DNA of 64,000 nt from Toensbergia leucococca (lineage: Eukaryota): the NCBI GenBank assembly GCA_022813965.1, contig JALDZS010000028.1:1-64000 (forward strand), in the 5' to 3' direction. The position numbers and the translations under genes are program-made. This document shows, piece after piece, positions 23,782 through 37,890 of the stretch (the stretch's first letter is position 1; every line of letters begins with the position of its first letter). The notes beneath the pieces were generated by a model. It worked only from the letters and a program-made list of their open reading frames with translations. It was not told where the DNA came from and searched no databases.

Positions 23782-24166
23782 CACATTATCATGGTGGCTC
23801 TCCTATGGTCAAGGAGTGCAGCTTTTCGGCTATAAATTTTGTTGGACGTCAACATATTTGCAAGAATAGAACTACAACGGAGATATGTCGGCAAGCACTT
23901 ATGCAAGGGCAAAGCTTCGAGGACTTGTTATTCGTTTTCCTCTGGTGCCTTTAAATTTTTGAAGCTCCGCTGATTGAGACACCACGATGACTCCTAAAAT
24001 AAAAGCGCAGGACGAGCCGCCTCATATCTAAAATAGCTGGCTCGCTCGTAACAAGCAGAACAATACCTAGCTAATCACGATCGCAAAATGGAAAAGCTGC
24101 AATTCAGGAGGGAGAAAAGACAATAGTCTTGCTCCTCGTCCGAGGTATGTATCACCGACACTCTAA

Positions 24167-25657
24167 TCAACGACGCCCGTGACTTCGCTGCACACTGCCT
24201 TGCATAGTCTCCAACTCCTGCTCGAGGTTTTTGATACTGCATACACAATCAGTTAACTGGCTGACTAAGGACAGATAACTCGACACTCACGCTGCATGAG
24301 TGCTCTCAAGATCCTTGTTAAGGCGGTCACGTTCGGATATTAATTTCTGCTCCCATTGTCTGAACCGGTTCTCCTCCACTTTCACCTGTTCTGTGAATCT
24401 CTTTCGTAGGCTCTCTTCCTCCTCCTTAAACTTGGGGTTGTCAAGCTTTCTGGGTCGAGCTTCGCCGAACTTCCTGGTCTCCATCTGTTGGGCCCGGTAT
24501 GCTTCGTAATGCATCTCCTCGGTAGTATGTATCAGATCCAACATGTGTGTACGTATCAAGATAGACCGTAGTTTCTTGAAGTCACAGTGATCTTCGTTTT
24601 CAACCTCTGCAACACCCCATGAATATTGACGGCCTTTCAAAACACGTCCGTCACCTGTTTTAACATCCTTCTCAGACCCAATGACCGCAAACGGCATAGC
24701 TGCCATTAAACCCCGAGCATGTTGAGCAGCCGCCTCGTCATCTTCTTCAATTGGCGGCTGGTAGATCTTGATATTCTGCGCTTCGACAACGGCTCTGATC
24801 TAGATTGCGGGTGAGCAGAGGGTAACATGTGACCCCAGGACCAAAATGAGCTTACTCTCTGCTTGAAACGGGCAAGGTCTGCAGGTGTTAGAGTGTCCGC
24901 TTTGGCAACCACAGGAATGAGGTTAACTCTTGAACTCAAACGCTTCATGACTTCGATATCTAGTGGTTTCAGACTGTGACCCGTTGGTCTTATGAAGTAG
25001 AGACATGCATGGACTCTGAGATCGATTTTGTCCCCCCGGCGTGGTTGCTGTTCTTGCAGCATGTAAGACTCGTGTTGGTCATCAAGAAACTCAATGATGG
25101 GCATCCAGGAATCTCGATTGTTCACATAGTCGCCAAAGCCAGGAGTATCAATGACCGTCAAGCGGACTGGTCAATATGCTTAGTTGCGTATCATCAAAAT
25201 GGCAGGAGGACTAGGAAAACAGTACCTTTGAAGAACTTTTCCTCTAGCTCAGCCTTGGTAATCTCAATTTCAACGGTCTTGTCTACCTGCTTCGCGTGGC
25301 GGCGTTTGTGATCGGCGTAATTCTTTATCGTTGTTGAGAAAAGGGTGTTTATAAATGTCGTCTTTCCCAAACCTGATTCACCTGCAACCTACGCAAGCTT
25401 AGCTTCTACGCTCTGCCGCGAACCATGTGGCTGCGCACCATGATAGTGAAGGCAGCTCCTCTCTTCGCTACTATCTTGTGTCTGTATTGACATAATCAGT
25501 ACTGCTCGTTTTGTTGATACTCAAGAGTTGTACCTCTGGTTCGGAAGCTATGCACAATTAAGCATCAGCTCGGGTGCCAAAGGAGGAAACACACAAGAAT
25601 GGACCCACGTTGGCGATTCCAATTGGAGACGCAGCTTCGGACATCGCGGGCGCCATA
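24167..25657 (-). CDS. CDC12: Septin Cdc12/AspC
   Basis: [50 protein letters not shown], AKAD, and a C-terminal coiled coil KFKEEEESLRKRFTEQVK. Confidence 0.93.
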
Positions 25658-25949
25658 TCCGTACTCTGTTCGAGGGACTCGAAAGCCTCAAAGGAGGTTA
25701 TTCGGAACTAGACAGTAGATTGGGCAGAGTATGAGATTGTCAATCACGACTGAGGCTCGGACAGAGCACCAAAAGCTCCCGTTTAAGGGGGATTCCCTAG
25801 AAACGTCTAGCTCGGCACTAGTCTGTTTAGATCGGCACTAGCAGAATAAGGTACCGAGGTACGGATACGGATAAATATGGCCCAAGCTTTATGAAACAAT
25901 TTAACTACAATTAATTTTCAATTTTGAGAGTCAGGTTGAGTGATCAGAA

Positions 25950-28858
25950 ATGAAGACAGACTTCAAGGTGTGTAGCTAGGTGTTTGTGCATGTCAGATCT
26001 GGGCCACTCACACTCGCATTAGTTTTCTAATTTACTGGGAACAGTTTACTGCAAAGGCAACATTCTCTTCACACCAGATGGAACCTGCCTTCTCTCACCA
26101 GTGGGCAATCGAGTGTCAGTATTCGACCTTGTGAAGTATGTGATAGAGCCTTATCTTCGTGGCTTTTACAGGACATTCGACATCCATGTACTGATGTAAT
26201 CAGCAATAAATCATATACTCTCCCTTTCGCTCATCGCCGAAACATAGCTCGGATAGCCCTAACCCCGCGTGGAAATCTACTACTCACTGTCGATGAAGAT
26301 GGTCGTGCTGTTCTGACCAATTTCCCACGACGAATAGCCCTACATCACTTCTCATTCAAAGGACCCGTAACTGCATTGACTTTCTCGCCGTCTGGTCGAC
26401 ACTTCGCCGTAGGGTTTGGCCGGCTTGTGGAGGTGTGGCACACTCCGTCCACTCCAGACTCGAATGTCGAAGGGGAACTCGAATTTGCGCCATTTGTAAG
26501 ACATCGAGTTCATGCAGGGCATCACGATACCATTTTAGATGTGGAATGGTCAAGTGACTCTCGATTTTTCCTCACCGCTGCCAAGGATCTCACCGCTAGA
26601 GTATGGAGTCTTGATCCTGAGGATGGATTTGTCCCAACAACACTAGCCGGCCATAGAGAAGGTGTCACTAGAGCATGGTTCTCAAGCGATCAAGAAGCGG
26701 TGCATATTGTGGGTCACCTGAATGGATTAACAGACGCTAAGACTTGACTAGATATACACAATCAGTCGGGATGGAGCCTTGTTCCAGTGGAATTATACAC
26801 AGAAGCCTGCCCTCAATGGAGTCTCGGATGTGGTTGAAGACAACGACTCCTCTTTAACATGGCGAATCAAGCACCGACATTACTTCATGCAAAATAATGC
26901 AAAGCTTACTTGCGCAGCCTTTCACGCCCAATCTAATGTACTTGTCGTCGGATTCTCGAATGGAGTATTTGGCTTATACGAAATGCCTGACTTTAATATG
27001 ATCCATACTTTGAGGTACCAACTCCCTCAGCGGAAATGGCGACAGGAAGATACTTACGACCATTACTAGCATATCTCAGAATGACATAGATTTTGTGACT
27101 ATTAATCATTCAGGGGAATGGTTAGCATTTGGGGCTTCGAAGCTGGGGCAGCTTCTTGTGTGGGAATGGCAATCAGAATCCTACATACTGAAGCAGCAAG
27201 GACATTTTGATTCCATGAACGCATTGGTATATTCTCCCGACGGACAGCGCATTATCACCACTGCAGATGATGGCAAGATCAAGGTGTGGGATGTGCATTC
27301 TGGCTTTTGTATAGTCACTTTCACGGAGCACTCTAGCAGCGTTACCGCTTGCGAATTTGCAAAGAAGGGGAATGTCTTATTTACTGCCAGCCTTGATGGC
27401 TCGGTAAGAGCTTGGGATCTAATACGATATCGTAATTTCAGAACCTTTACTGCCCCCACACGATTGTCATTTTCTTCCATCGCTGTTGATCCAAGCGGTG
27501 AGGTGGTCTGCGCCGGTTCTCTTGATTCCTTCGATATACACATATGGTCAGTGCAAACAGGTCAACTATTAGATCAACTAGCTGGTCATGAGGGACCAAT
27601 TGCGGCCCTTGCTTTTGCTCCATCTGGTAGTATTCTCGTCAGCGGCAGTTGGGATCATACCGTGCGACTTTGGAGTATCTTTGGCCGAACTCAGACCAGC
27701 GAGCCCCTGCAGCTTCAGGCAGACGTCCTTGACGTGGCTTTTCGTCCTGATTCGAAGCAGATTGCCGTGTCTACGTTAGATGGCCAGCTTACGTTCTGGT
27801 CGGTGTCGGAAGCCAGTCAAGAAGCTGGTGTGGATGGTCGTCGAGACATTTCAGGAGGTCGAAAACTAACAGATCGACGGACTGCGGCAAATGCTACAGG
27901 CACAAAAGCTTTTACTGGGATTGCTTACAGTGGAGACGGCAGTTGCGTACTCGTCAGCGGGAAAAGCAAATACATATGTCTGTATGACGTTCAATCCGGG
28001 AATCTCATAGAAAAGTTCACCGTCTCCACAAACCTCTCACTGGATGGGACCCAAGAGTTTCTCAATACCCGGAATCTCACTGAAGCTGGTCCCGCTGGAT
28101 TGATAGACAACCAGGCCGAAGCATCGGACCTCGAGGATCGTATAGACCGGACCTTACCTGGTGCCAGTCGCGGTGATCTTTCCACAAGGCGTGTACGATC
28201 AGAAGTACGTGTGTCAGCGGTCTCCTTCTGCCCTACTGGAAGATCCTTTTGCGCAGCGTCTACAGAAGGACTCCTCGTCTACTCACTTGACAACGCCCTT
28301 CAATTTGACCCTTTTGATCTCGACACCACAGTCACACCAGCCAGTACACTGGAGACTGTGAGGCAGAAAGACTACCTCCGCGCCTTTGTTATGGCATTCA
28401 GACTCAACGAAAAGCCATTGCTTCGTCGAGTCTACGAATCTATCCCCGCAGCCGATGTCTCGCTAACCGTCAAATTCCTACCCACTATCTACCTGGCCCG
28501 ACTTTTAAGATTCGTCACCCAAGCTATTGACGAAACGCCTCATCTCGAGTTCAACCTGGTGTGGATCGAAGCACTACTGAGCGCGCACGGCCGGTATCTC
28601 AAAGAAAACGCTGCGTCTCTCTCTGCCGAGTTAAGAACAGTACAAAAGGCAGTCAACACGATCCAAACAGAATTGGCGAGAATGGCCAATGAGAATGTCT
28701 ATGCACTCGACTATCTACTGTCGCAGCCCATTGTGACACCTGACCAACATTTGGCGAATGGAAAGCTCTTGGTCAGAAAAAGTGTGGGAAGTCCCATGGA
28801 GGCAATTGACACGGAAGAGGAATGGATTGGCTTGGGTGATGAAGACAAAATCCCATAG
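25950..28858 (+). CDS. PWP2: Periodic tryptophan protein 2 (SSU processome UTP1)
   Basis: MKTDFK/FSNLLGTVYCKGN start; SKLGQLLVWEWQSESYILKQQGH; RAWDLIRYRNFRTF; Utp12-type C-terminal domain; several introns. Confidence 0.95.
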
Positions 28859-29082
28859 ATTAGCAACCGGTTCTCACAGATATACTTCGTTGTGGTAAAA
28901 TCAAATGTTGCCGCTGAAATCATCTTGGTCGTGTCGGACAAGCGTAGAGACAGACTCCCAAATCTTTGTCATTCTTGAGCGTTTGCCCTAGCCGAGTTTA
29001 TGGATGCCTCAAAGCACGTACACAAGTTCCCTGGGCTGCGTCAAGCTGAAGCAAGAGAAAACGCATCACGAAGAATTACATT

Positions 29083-30937
29083 TCATCTATCATCGTCATC
29101 TACCCTAGCTCGCTTCGATGCTCTCGAGTCTTCTTCTTGCACGCCATACCTCTTGCTCCCGGCGGTCCCACCAGTTGCGTCCTTGATCAGCTCGTCGATA
29201 TTGAATGGATCAGCGGCATCTTTCTCGAATTGAACAGGTCCGTCACGTGCCTTTGTTTACAGTTCGTTAGTCACGTTGGTCATGCCTTGGGATGACAACA
29301 GATCTCACCTCTGTCTCGCCAGCACCTCTGAACCCTTCCTTCGCCTTGCCAAGTACTTCAAACCGGTTGTTTTTTTGAATTTTGTCGAGTTCTTCGCCGC
29401 CATCTTCTTCGTCCACGTCATCGTTTCCGTTTGCCCGTGGTCTATATATGCTGTCGAGAGCGTCCCGCGCAGCAAATAAGGGTTTATCATAAGCCTGGTC
29501 TTCATTGAACCCGGTGTCAAAACCGCTGGTTCGATTGAACAGCCTAGAATCCCACATAGACTCCGATGACTGTGTCGGTTTTGCCAATCCCAAAGCTACC
29601 TTTTCAGAAATGTCTCGGTTTTGTTCCCGAGCCATCATCTGAATCCGACGTTCCGTCCCCATTCTTGAATGTCGTAGCTGCTTTTCATGCTCCTGACGTC
29701 TTTCGCGTCGCATTTTCTCCCGCTCTCGTGCAGCCTCCTCATCTTCGCTTTCTGACCGGCTTGATGAAGATGCCGATCGGCTTCTGCTGCCTGTGTACGA
29801 CCTTGTATAGCTGCCTCTTCTCCCAGCACCCAATCGATCTTCTCTTGCCTTTTGGGCAAGCATTCGTAGATGGTTCTCCTTTTGAGCCTTCTCCTTTTCG
29901 GCGAGTTTCTGCTGCATCAAGGCACGTTGCTTCACCTCTTCTCTGGCGTGCCTGTCCGCAGTGAACAGTGCCTCGGCGAATTGAGCGAATTTGTCGTTGA
30001 TAGTAACATCTTGTAAGCCCCGTCCATCCGCTGCCAGACGTTTGTCGAGAGGAACAGTATAACCCTTCGGATTCTTCCAGTTAGATATGGGTGGCGGGAT
30101 CTTCCAGGCTTCTTGGTCCTCCGCAGTAAGCTTTCGCGGCGGCGAATGCATGACAGGCGGTGGAGGAGAAGGTGGGCCTCGGGGTATCTTTTTGTGCTTA
30201 AATTTCGGAGGCTCCATGGGATCTTGTTGCCTTTCCACTATCTTCATAATTCTATCGTTTTTTCGGGTAGTGTCTCCCATCTGGTTGGCGGGCGTATACC
30301 GCACGTAGGTTGGATCATTTCTGGTGATTCCTTGTACATTCTTCGGCTTCTGGGCTGCTACTGCTCCAGAAACCAAAGTAGCCAAAGCATTCTTTGTCTT
30401 TTCGGTCTGCAGGGCCACTTCATCGTCCGATGGCCTTTCGAGCGATATATCTCCAATATCTGCTCGTTGACGAAGAGGGATGAGGTCCTTGAATGAGGCG
30501 TGCACGATTCGTTCATTATTATGCCCTTGCCTTGCGATGGCATCATACTTGACTTTCCCCTCTCCGTCAACCTGGACAGCCAATGCATTTGAAGAAGAAG
30601 AAGACGACTTCCGGCCCATATCTAGTGGGTACTGCGCAATCGGAATCTCAGGAAAAGCCCCGCCATCGCCGTAGTCCTCTGCTGATCTTGGTCGCCATCC
30701 TGATCGTTTGCCATAGGGCGGAGGCCCAGAGCGCTGACATGGGATTAATTGACGTGCTAAACACTTGATCTGCGCTTGCATGCACCTTACCTTCAATACC
30801 ACCTGTGTCTCGTCCAGGGATCCAGCACCCAGTATCTGTGGTCCTTTTGAGCGCGAATGATTTGGCAATTCTTCGTGCTCTCCAGTATATCTGGGCTTGG
30901 GCAGAGCCTTTGCTAAAGACATTGTTACAGAGGTCAT
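29083..30937 (-). CDS. PRP45: Pre-mRNA splicing factor Prp45/SKIP (SNW domain)
   Basis: GDGGAFPEIP, DPMEPPKFKHKK, WKIPPPISNWKNPKGYTVPLDKRLAADGRG; terminal exon ARDGPVQFEKD. Confidence 0.95.
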
Positions 30938-31466
30938 AGCTTTACTCGTATGAGACACTTCTTGCTGGAACGACAGCTATAATCATGTCAAGAAGTACAT
31001 TGCAGTGCTTTGAAAATGAATGTAATGTTAGAGTAGATTATTGCGCAGACGTGCGGCAGGTAACACAATTCACCATATCCGTACCACCAAGAATACCGTA
31101 CTACGGAGTAGGGGTACTATTTTAGCGGTATAAAAAGGATCTGAAGGTTACCTAGCCGAGACAATTTTTGCAAAGTATCCGTAAATTGGCAAGCAATTGA
31201 ATGAATTAACCACCATGTTTTGTACATTGATGATTCGACCTCTCATTTTCCTGTCTAAATACAATTACCTACATTTTATCTAGAAGGCATATCTGCATTG
31301 CGCACACGAGTTTTAGTAGGCTCAAAACTAAGAATATGCTACCAAGAAATATGATGACTAAACCTCAGATCCGCCATGATTTGTTGTACCCACGAGTGGT
31401 GCCTGGGCGCAAAGTCATATGGAGAAATATCGCGATATCACACCACGTTCAAGGTTACACAGGTCT

Positions 31467-32176
31467 TTACTCTTCGTTGTTCTTGCCATTCTGTTTCTCT
31501 TGTTCATCCTGGTTCTCCAATTCCGCCCGCTTTCGCTTTTTCGTTTCCCCCGGAATATCTTCAATAAGCTCGCTTTTTCCATTCAGACCGGTCCATTTCG
31601 GTAATCCGTCTGGAATGTCAACTACGCGTTGGGGATAGAAGATGTGGCACCTGTCTCGTGTGTGAGTCAAACGTTCTCTCATACATGATATATAAACATA
31701 CGTCGGAGCAAAATTCTTCATGTCCTCCTTGTTGCCTTTGAAGTGTATCAATGCTGGAAACAAAAGTATCATGTTCCTCCCCTCGTCCATAATCGGGGAA
31801 CGACAATATGCGCAGCTAACTTTGCAAGGCAGCTTATGCTTTGTGGTCTTCTCAGAGCTGTCATACCAGCCAAGGTCGTGGTGGCCGTGAGTGAAGTTAA
31901 TGTCTTCCTTGTGGAAGATAGCCGCCCATTGGAATGGAGCACCTACGTTGTAGGTCAGCGAGTGAGACACAAGCACAAGATATAACAAGTCTCGCACTCA
32001 CCGTGCAGCGTCTGGCATGTTGTGCAATGACAAAACTTGGAATCTAATGGCTTCTCCCTACTTAATTGATATTTGACCCGGCCGCAATGACACCCGCCTT
32101 CATATCGGACATCGAAATTGGGGTCATTTTCATGCACTTTGTACGGCGCGCGGTACTTCCAGTCATCAAGACTCAT
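31467..32176 (-). CDS. GFA/CENP-V (Mss4-like) zinc protein
   Basis: YEGGCHCGRVKY, FCHCTTCQTLHG/APFQWAAIF, CAYCRSPIMDEG, CHIFYPQRVVDIPDGLPKW; two introns. Confidence 0.88.
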
Positions 32177-32654
32177 TCCGACAGAAGACCAGTGAAAGGG
32201 AGCGGTATATGCGTGAGGAGCAGATTGATGGATGGAAAGATGTCTGGAGATGCAACGGAGGACAGGCAAGGTTTGAAAGTTGTAGAAATTAACGGGACAT
32301 CTTGCCATCAAGTTTAGAAACCTAAGGAATTAGGGTCATAGCGATGAAGGTAGACAAGCGTACTCGTGCCTCGATAGGGAATTGGTGAATCGATACTGAC
32401 GTAGACGATCTTGTAACCAGGGGTAAAACTTGCCACATGAAGACCACGAAACATATTCGGACTTTGAGTCATCCATATGTCCAAGAATTGGTTGGGAAAG
32501 TCAATCCATCGTCCAAAATCACATTTCGATCAAATAGTCGAAGGAATTCATAGAAGCCCCTCGTCGTCTTCATGCCGACATACCGTCATTAGTCATCCCA
32601 ACTACAGGTCTACTACAAATACAAAGTACGAATTACATGCTGTGGTTTCACACT

Positions 32655-35600
32655 TCAGACCATGGACTTAGCCTCCTCCGAATTGATTCCAAGAACGTCT
32701 CGGAGATATTCGATTCTACTCGTCCATTTGCCTGGTCAGCCTTTGCAATGCTACACAATCGTTGTGGAGCCGGATAGATGTACTTTGCCTCAATTGTAAA
32801 ATTTTGCTTGACCTTCTCAAATCTCTGTTCGGATTCTTGCCAAGCTAGTAGTCGTTTCTTGGGCAGCACTGTCTTGATGCGCATTTTGAATGTTCCACTG
32901 ACAGGGCGATGGTCAGAAGTCCGCAAATCGTGCCGGCGATACTCCAACTGCTTGATCCTGCCTGTGCCGCGATATAATATTCGATCGCACCATGCCGGTG
33001 ACCTATGTTTTTCGCTACTATCGTATCTATCAGACCCAACATCGTACTTGTACGTGGGAGCGAAGGTAATTGGAGACTCTGTAAATGCTCTCAATCGAAA
33101 TCCAGGATTCCTCCTCCGTGAAACGAGTAATTGATCCCTTTCGAGTAATTTTGGAAGGTTGTTCGCGTTGATCGCTTTCACAACCGTGTCTCGCCCCATT
33201 GTGTCAATTCGATAATTGAGGTCGCCATTTAGTACACATATCTCGTGATCCATAATCATCGAGCCGTCACCTCCGCCAACGAATGTATCAGTACTAGCCA
33301 TACCACTTCTCTCGACCGGTAGAGCTGCTGATTCAAGAATGGCTGCAACGTCATTGTTGCGATGAACTGTTTGTGTCTGGCCCGCCGCCAGGTGACAGTT
33401 GACAAAGCATAAGGAACTGTTGTCGATCACGAAACGCAAAATGAGAGCGCCCTAGTCAACCCATAAGCATAATCAAAGAACTTCAGGCAGCCCGTGCAAA
33501 CCTTATTTCCGTGTAGCCCGCCCATTCCACGTTTCACCTCCGCAGAGCCCATGTTTGAGATCCTGTTGCGCTCGGATGCCTTGACAAAGATGCAGCTGAA
33601 AAGCCCGACCATGCTCGATGTGTGAAGTAAGTAGTACGGCTCTTTAGTCGGCATACTGTCCTCAATGCACCTGACCAGGTAATCGCGCCAGGCTCTGTAT
33701 TGCCGGCTCATATGTTCTTGCTCTGATGGGACTTTCTTGATGCTGCCTTTGAATAAGGTCTCTAGCTATTATTAGACTAGATTCTTGTGCAAGGTATGAG
33801 ATACCCACTTGCGGTAAGTCTCTTATCTTCTAGATCTACCAGCTCTTGGAACGCAAATACCAATATTTCTGGAGGAGTCTCTACCTGGAGAACTTCTCGG
33901 AAGAAGCTGGCGTCCTTTCCCTCGTGCCGGAGATCAGTAGGTGTTGCTGCGCCTGCATTCCAGGTTGCTACGATTGCCTTTATTTCACGGAATTCACAAT
34001 AATCAGTGTCATGGTCTTGCATATCATTCTCTGAAAATGATGTCAGCAAGGATCTGAATTTCGAGCTTCCCAAGTCCTCCATACCAAGCCAGTCTTCCTC
34101 CAACATTCCATCCCACAATCTGATAGCGTTGTCAAGCCCGATTGAGGCCACTTGAAGGCGTCCAATTTTCCAGACGCTGCTCCGATCAACCAAGATGTTA
34201 GCTACAGGGCCGTCATGGGCTTGCCAATCTTTCTGAACTGTCCATGGTTGGGTCCTGGTATCGTAAACGTAGATCATACCATTATTATACCCAGCCCAGA
34301 GGAAGGAGCCAGCTCCAGCCAGAGCATTGATCTTGTAGACGCTGACGTTGATTACCCCAAGGCAGGAGAAATCCGAGGATGAATAAATTGTAACTTTCCC
34401 GTCCGCATGACCAAAATATACACGGTGAAGTTGACTATTAATGACTGCACCTGACGTGACTTCACCGACATTCGGTTGGCTGAGAGGGTGTTGTATGGCC
34501 AAAAATGATGCATCTTGGCTTGAACCTGGGCGAAACACTCGAATGTCTTTGCCAGTCGCAAGCCACAGGGTGTCTTCGATGACTAGTGAAAATGTATGAC
34601 CCTTCGGTACCTTAAGTGACAACGGAGTACACTGCAGGTTCGGCAAACCAGTTTCGTCAGCAGTCCATACGAGAAGCTTTCCATCATCGTCTAGTGTCCA
34701 CATCGAGTTTTGGTGGCGGTATATCTTGATGACCTCTCGCCTGTTATGCGCACTTGACTTCGTATACAGAACGCTTTGCGTTGAAAGGTCTACTTCCTGG
34801 ATATCCCCATAATTAGTGCCAAGCCAGAGCCGCAAGCCTTCATGGTTTGCCGTTGCCCCGGGCTTGAATGCTAGCGCTGTTACTCTGATTTCTTTTTCAC
34901 CATGCGCCAGGCTCATTATGAGATCTCCTGATAAGAGATCCCAAGATTTTGTAAGGTAGCCTGTCGCACACACGTGCTGGCCGCAAATATCAAAAAGCCT
35001 AGTATCAAAATTGGGCTGAATTTCTCGGATACCGGCCTTGAAAGATGGGGGTCTTCTATTTGTGTGCGATGCATCTGGATAGTCTGTAGAACTGGAGATG
35101 CTCGCATCGCCTTCTGCTTCATGCTTTGCTAGTCTATCAATATTTCCAGTACTTATTCCTGATAATGGGCTGTCTGTCTGCGATTGTGTTCGAAAAGCTG
35201 CCCTCGGTGTGCCACGACTCCTTGAGGAGATGCTAGGTTTTGGAGGAGGTAAAGAATGCGCCATCGCGTGTATTATCTTACCGGGAGCGTGCGGCGGAGC
35301 TGTCAAGCCGCTCGGAGGACCTTGTCCTGATGACGTTATCCTTCCCCCTTTAGCTTTGACAAAACTCGACTCGGTAAGTGTCGGCTTTGAGTCCTTGTTT
35401 AGAGCTTCGCCCACCTCCCGGCGAGGAGGCAGCCCAGGGCGGAGTTCCGTCGGAATAGTTGATGGTCGCGTATCACTAATGGCTCTGGACTCATTTCTTT
35501 CTAATCTAGGCTCTATCGAGTTTTCTATATCACGTCGACTTCCTTGTAATGAATGATGAACGGGAGGAGGGGGGAAGTCGTTTTTGAATGGGCTTCTTGC

Positions 35601-36508
35601 TGTAGCGCGAGAGGGTTGCTTGTTCCTTGATAATTGCATATGAAAATGCTTGATTTCTGGGCTATCATCACTACTTGGCGGTGTACTGAATGGCGATATC
35701 CTATTGTCAATAACGGCGACTTCTAGCTCACTACTTGTTTTATCAATGATCATCGAAGACTTCGTGGAAAATTTCGGTTTTTCTGCACGGTTGACCAGGG
35801 GAGGGACAGGAACATTGGTAGTAGCGTCTAGATGAGTACTCTGAGAAGTCCTACGGCGGGGTTTCGGGCTTATCCTGAAGGTTTTATTATCCGAAGTCAG
35901 ACGTTGGTCACGCTCCTCTATTACTGCACCGTTAGACAACTGTGCAGGGTGTGGGGAAATGGCGCGGGGCGGTGTGGAGGCTATCCTTGACGACTGCAAA
36001 GTTCCCGAGGTCGTGACGTCCGAAATGGGGATCTCATTAAAAGATTGAAGCCGATTAATTAGAGGAGATTGTGGAGGATTGATCGTAACAGTCGGAGGAT
36101 ATCGAGGGGGGGAGAGCGGACCCACAGACAGCGGCCTCTGGCGTAGAGGAGACTCTGGCCTATGAGGAATTGATACCACTTGCGACCATTGTTGAGGCGC
36201 CTGAATAACTGAATTATCGGGTGTATTCCAAGGAGAAGCCTTGCGCGGGATGTCTAGCGAGGCACGATCCACTGTCCCGATGTCTCGTTGTTCGGAACTG
36301 GGCTGCAACTTTGACATCATGGAGGTACGAATAGTGGGTCCTGGCGGCGTTGGCTTAATATTTGCCAAGCTCTCAAAGTGTGATCTCAGTGAAGAGACGG
36401 GTTTCTAGAGCCGTTGACTATTAGATTTTACCGAGATGGTTGATACCTAGAACTTACGATGGACGTGTCATCCGTGTTATCCGTGTTATCCTTGCCAGAG
36501 TTATCCAT
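32655..36508 (-). CDS. Inositol polyphosphate 5-phosphatase with WD40-like and Pro/Ser-rich N-terminal regions
   Basis: TWNAGA, FAFQELVDLE, GMGGLHGNKG, FVNCHLAAG, NGDLNYRID, FAPTYKYD, PAWCDRILY; start MDNSGKD.../KPVSSLRSHFE. Confidence 0.92.
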
Positions 36509-37082
36509 TTTGGAATTCTAACAAGGACAGCGAGTCTTCCAGGCCTAGGTGGTGATTCGACAACGGCTCAATTTGGCCAATCTGGGAGGCATATATCGTC
36601 AAGACGCCCGGACTGCTTCACAGATCACTGCTGATGAGATATACAAAAGTTTTTGCAGTAGCTCGAGACTCTGCGTTGTATTGAACAACCATTTTCGGGC
36701 CCTTCCCAAGAAGCATGAGAGATCTCACTGTTGAGTGAACGGTGTATGGGACTCAAGCACGTCAATCAAGATTTAGATTCCATTCTCTAAGTCTGGAATC
36801 CTACTGGGGACCTGAGATGATGATAAGATACCTGCTCCTCGTAATTTAGGGCCGATTGAGTAAGTCTGTGGTTAAGAAAGCTTGGTTGTCAACATTGGAA
36901 GGCCAGCACGCTACCTCGGCGCTCGGCTACCTAAGATCGCTTAGGCACTCTAGCTCCAGGCTAAGGTACATTAAGGTAGACGGATAACGATAACGCAGGT
37001 CCCTCGGTCCCGCGTTTAAATTTAACCTCACCTGTCTAACAATACCTTATTGATAAACCCCCGGGGTAAATCCTCCTGCACA

Positions 37083-37667
37083 ATGTGGTGAGTGGAATGA
37101 ATATTTCAAGGGCAGTCAAATTGCTAATGTAAGCTTCAGTAAGCACATCCTTAATGCTCAAGTCTCCATACGGTCGCCTTGCTGTCAGTATCCTTTTCTC
37201 AAACGATCAACACCTAGAACCAAATCTAAAGATCATACTTCAGGCCGCAAATGGTTCGATTGCGCCGACTGTCATCAAGAGCTAGAGGATCACTCCTTAA
37301 TGCAAAAGCTTGATATGGTAGAAAATGCAATACAGTGCCGAAATTCCCTAGCTAATCAAGTACTACTCGTAGACTTTTGCCTGCAAAAAATGCAAGAAGT
37401 GCTTTCGGAAAGACGCTCAAGAATTTGAAGAGAGGCACGTAGCCGTCTTCCTCGATTGGCGCTTCGCTAATGTAATAGAGCAGTGACGAGTACTGTCCCC
37501 ATTGCGATAATCACTTCGTCATTGACGCAATGACACCCAAGCCAACCCTCCACGTCGAAGGCGAGGACGCGCGAATTGATGCGCGTATGCTCAAGGACGA
37601 TCGGTTCCGAGATGAGCAACAGCGATCTATTTTTGATGTTAAGGGTGCCGCCGATATGCTTGGATAA
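37083..37667 (+). CDS. CHY zinc-finger protein (5 exons; not in the ORF track)
   Basis: Spliced: MCKHILNAQVSIRSPCCRKWFDCADCHQE...TFACKKCKKCFRKD...EESDEYCPHCDNHFVIDAMTPKP...MLG*. Confidence 0.88.
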
Positions 37668-37890
37668 TCGAGCGGTTCGAGCTGCGGGATTCATGCTCTG
37701 CTTTTGGTGCAAAGTTTCGTTTAGCGTCATCGCTTGAAACACAGATCATTACGGGCATTGGAGGAGGCTACTCAAGCAAAATTCGAGGTATATTTGCCTC
37801 GATGTAGGCAGATTACTGGAAGGCTAGAGGAATTTCTCCGGCTCGATCACTGTGAAATGCCAATACACTCGCCAAAAGTTAATGAGATGT

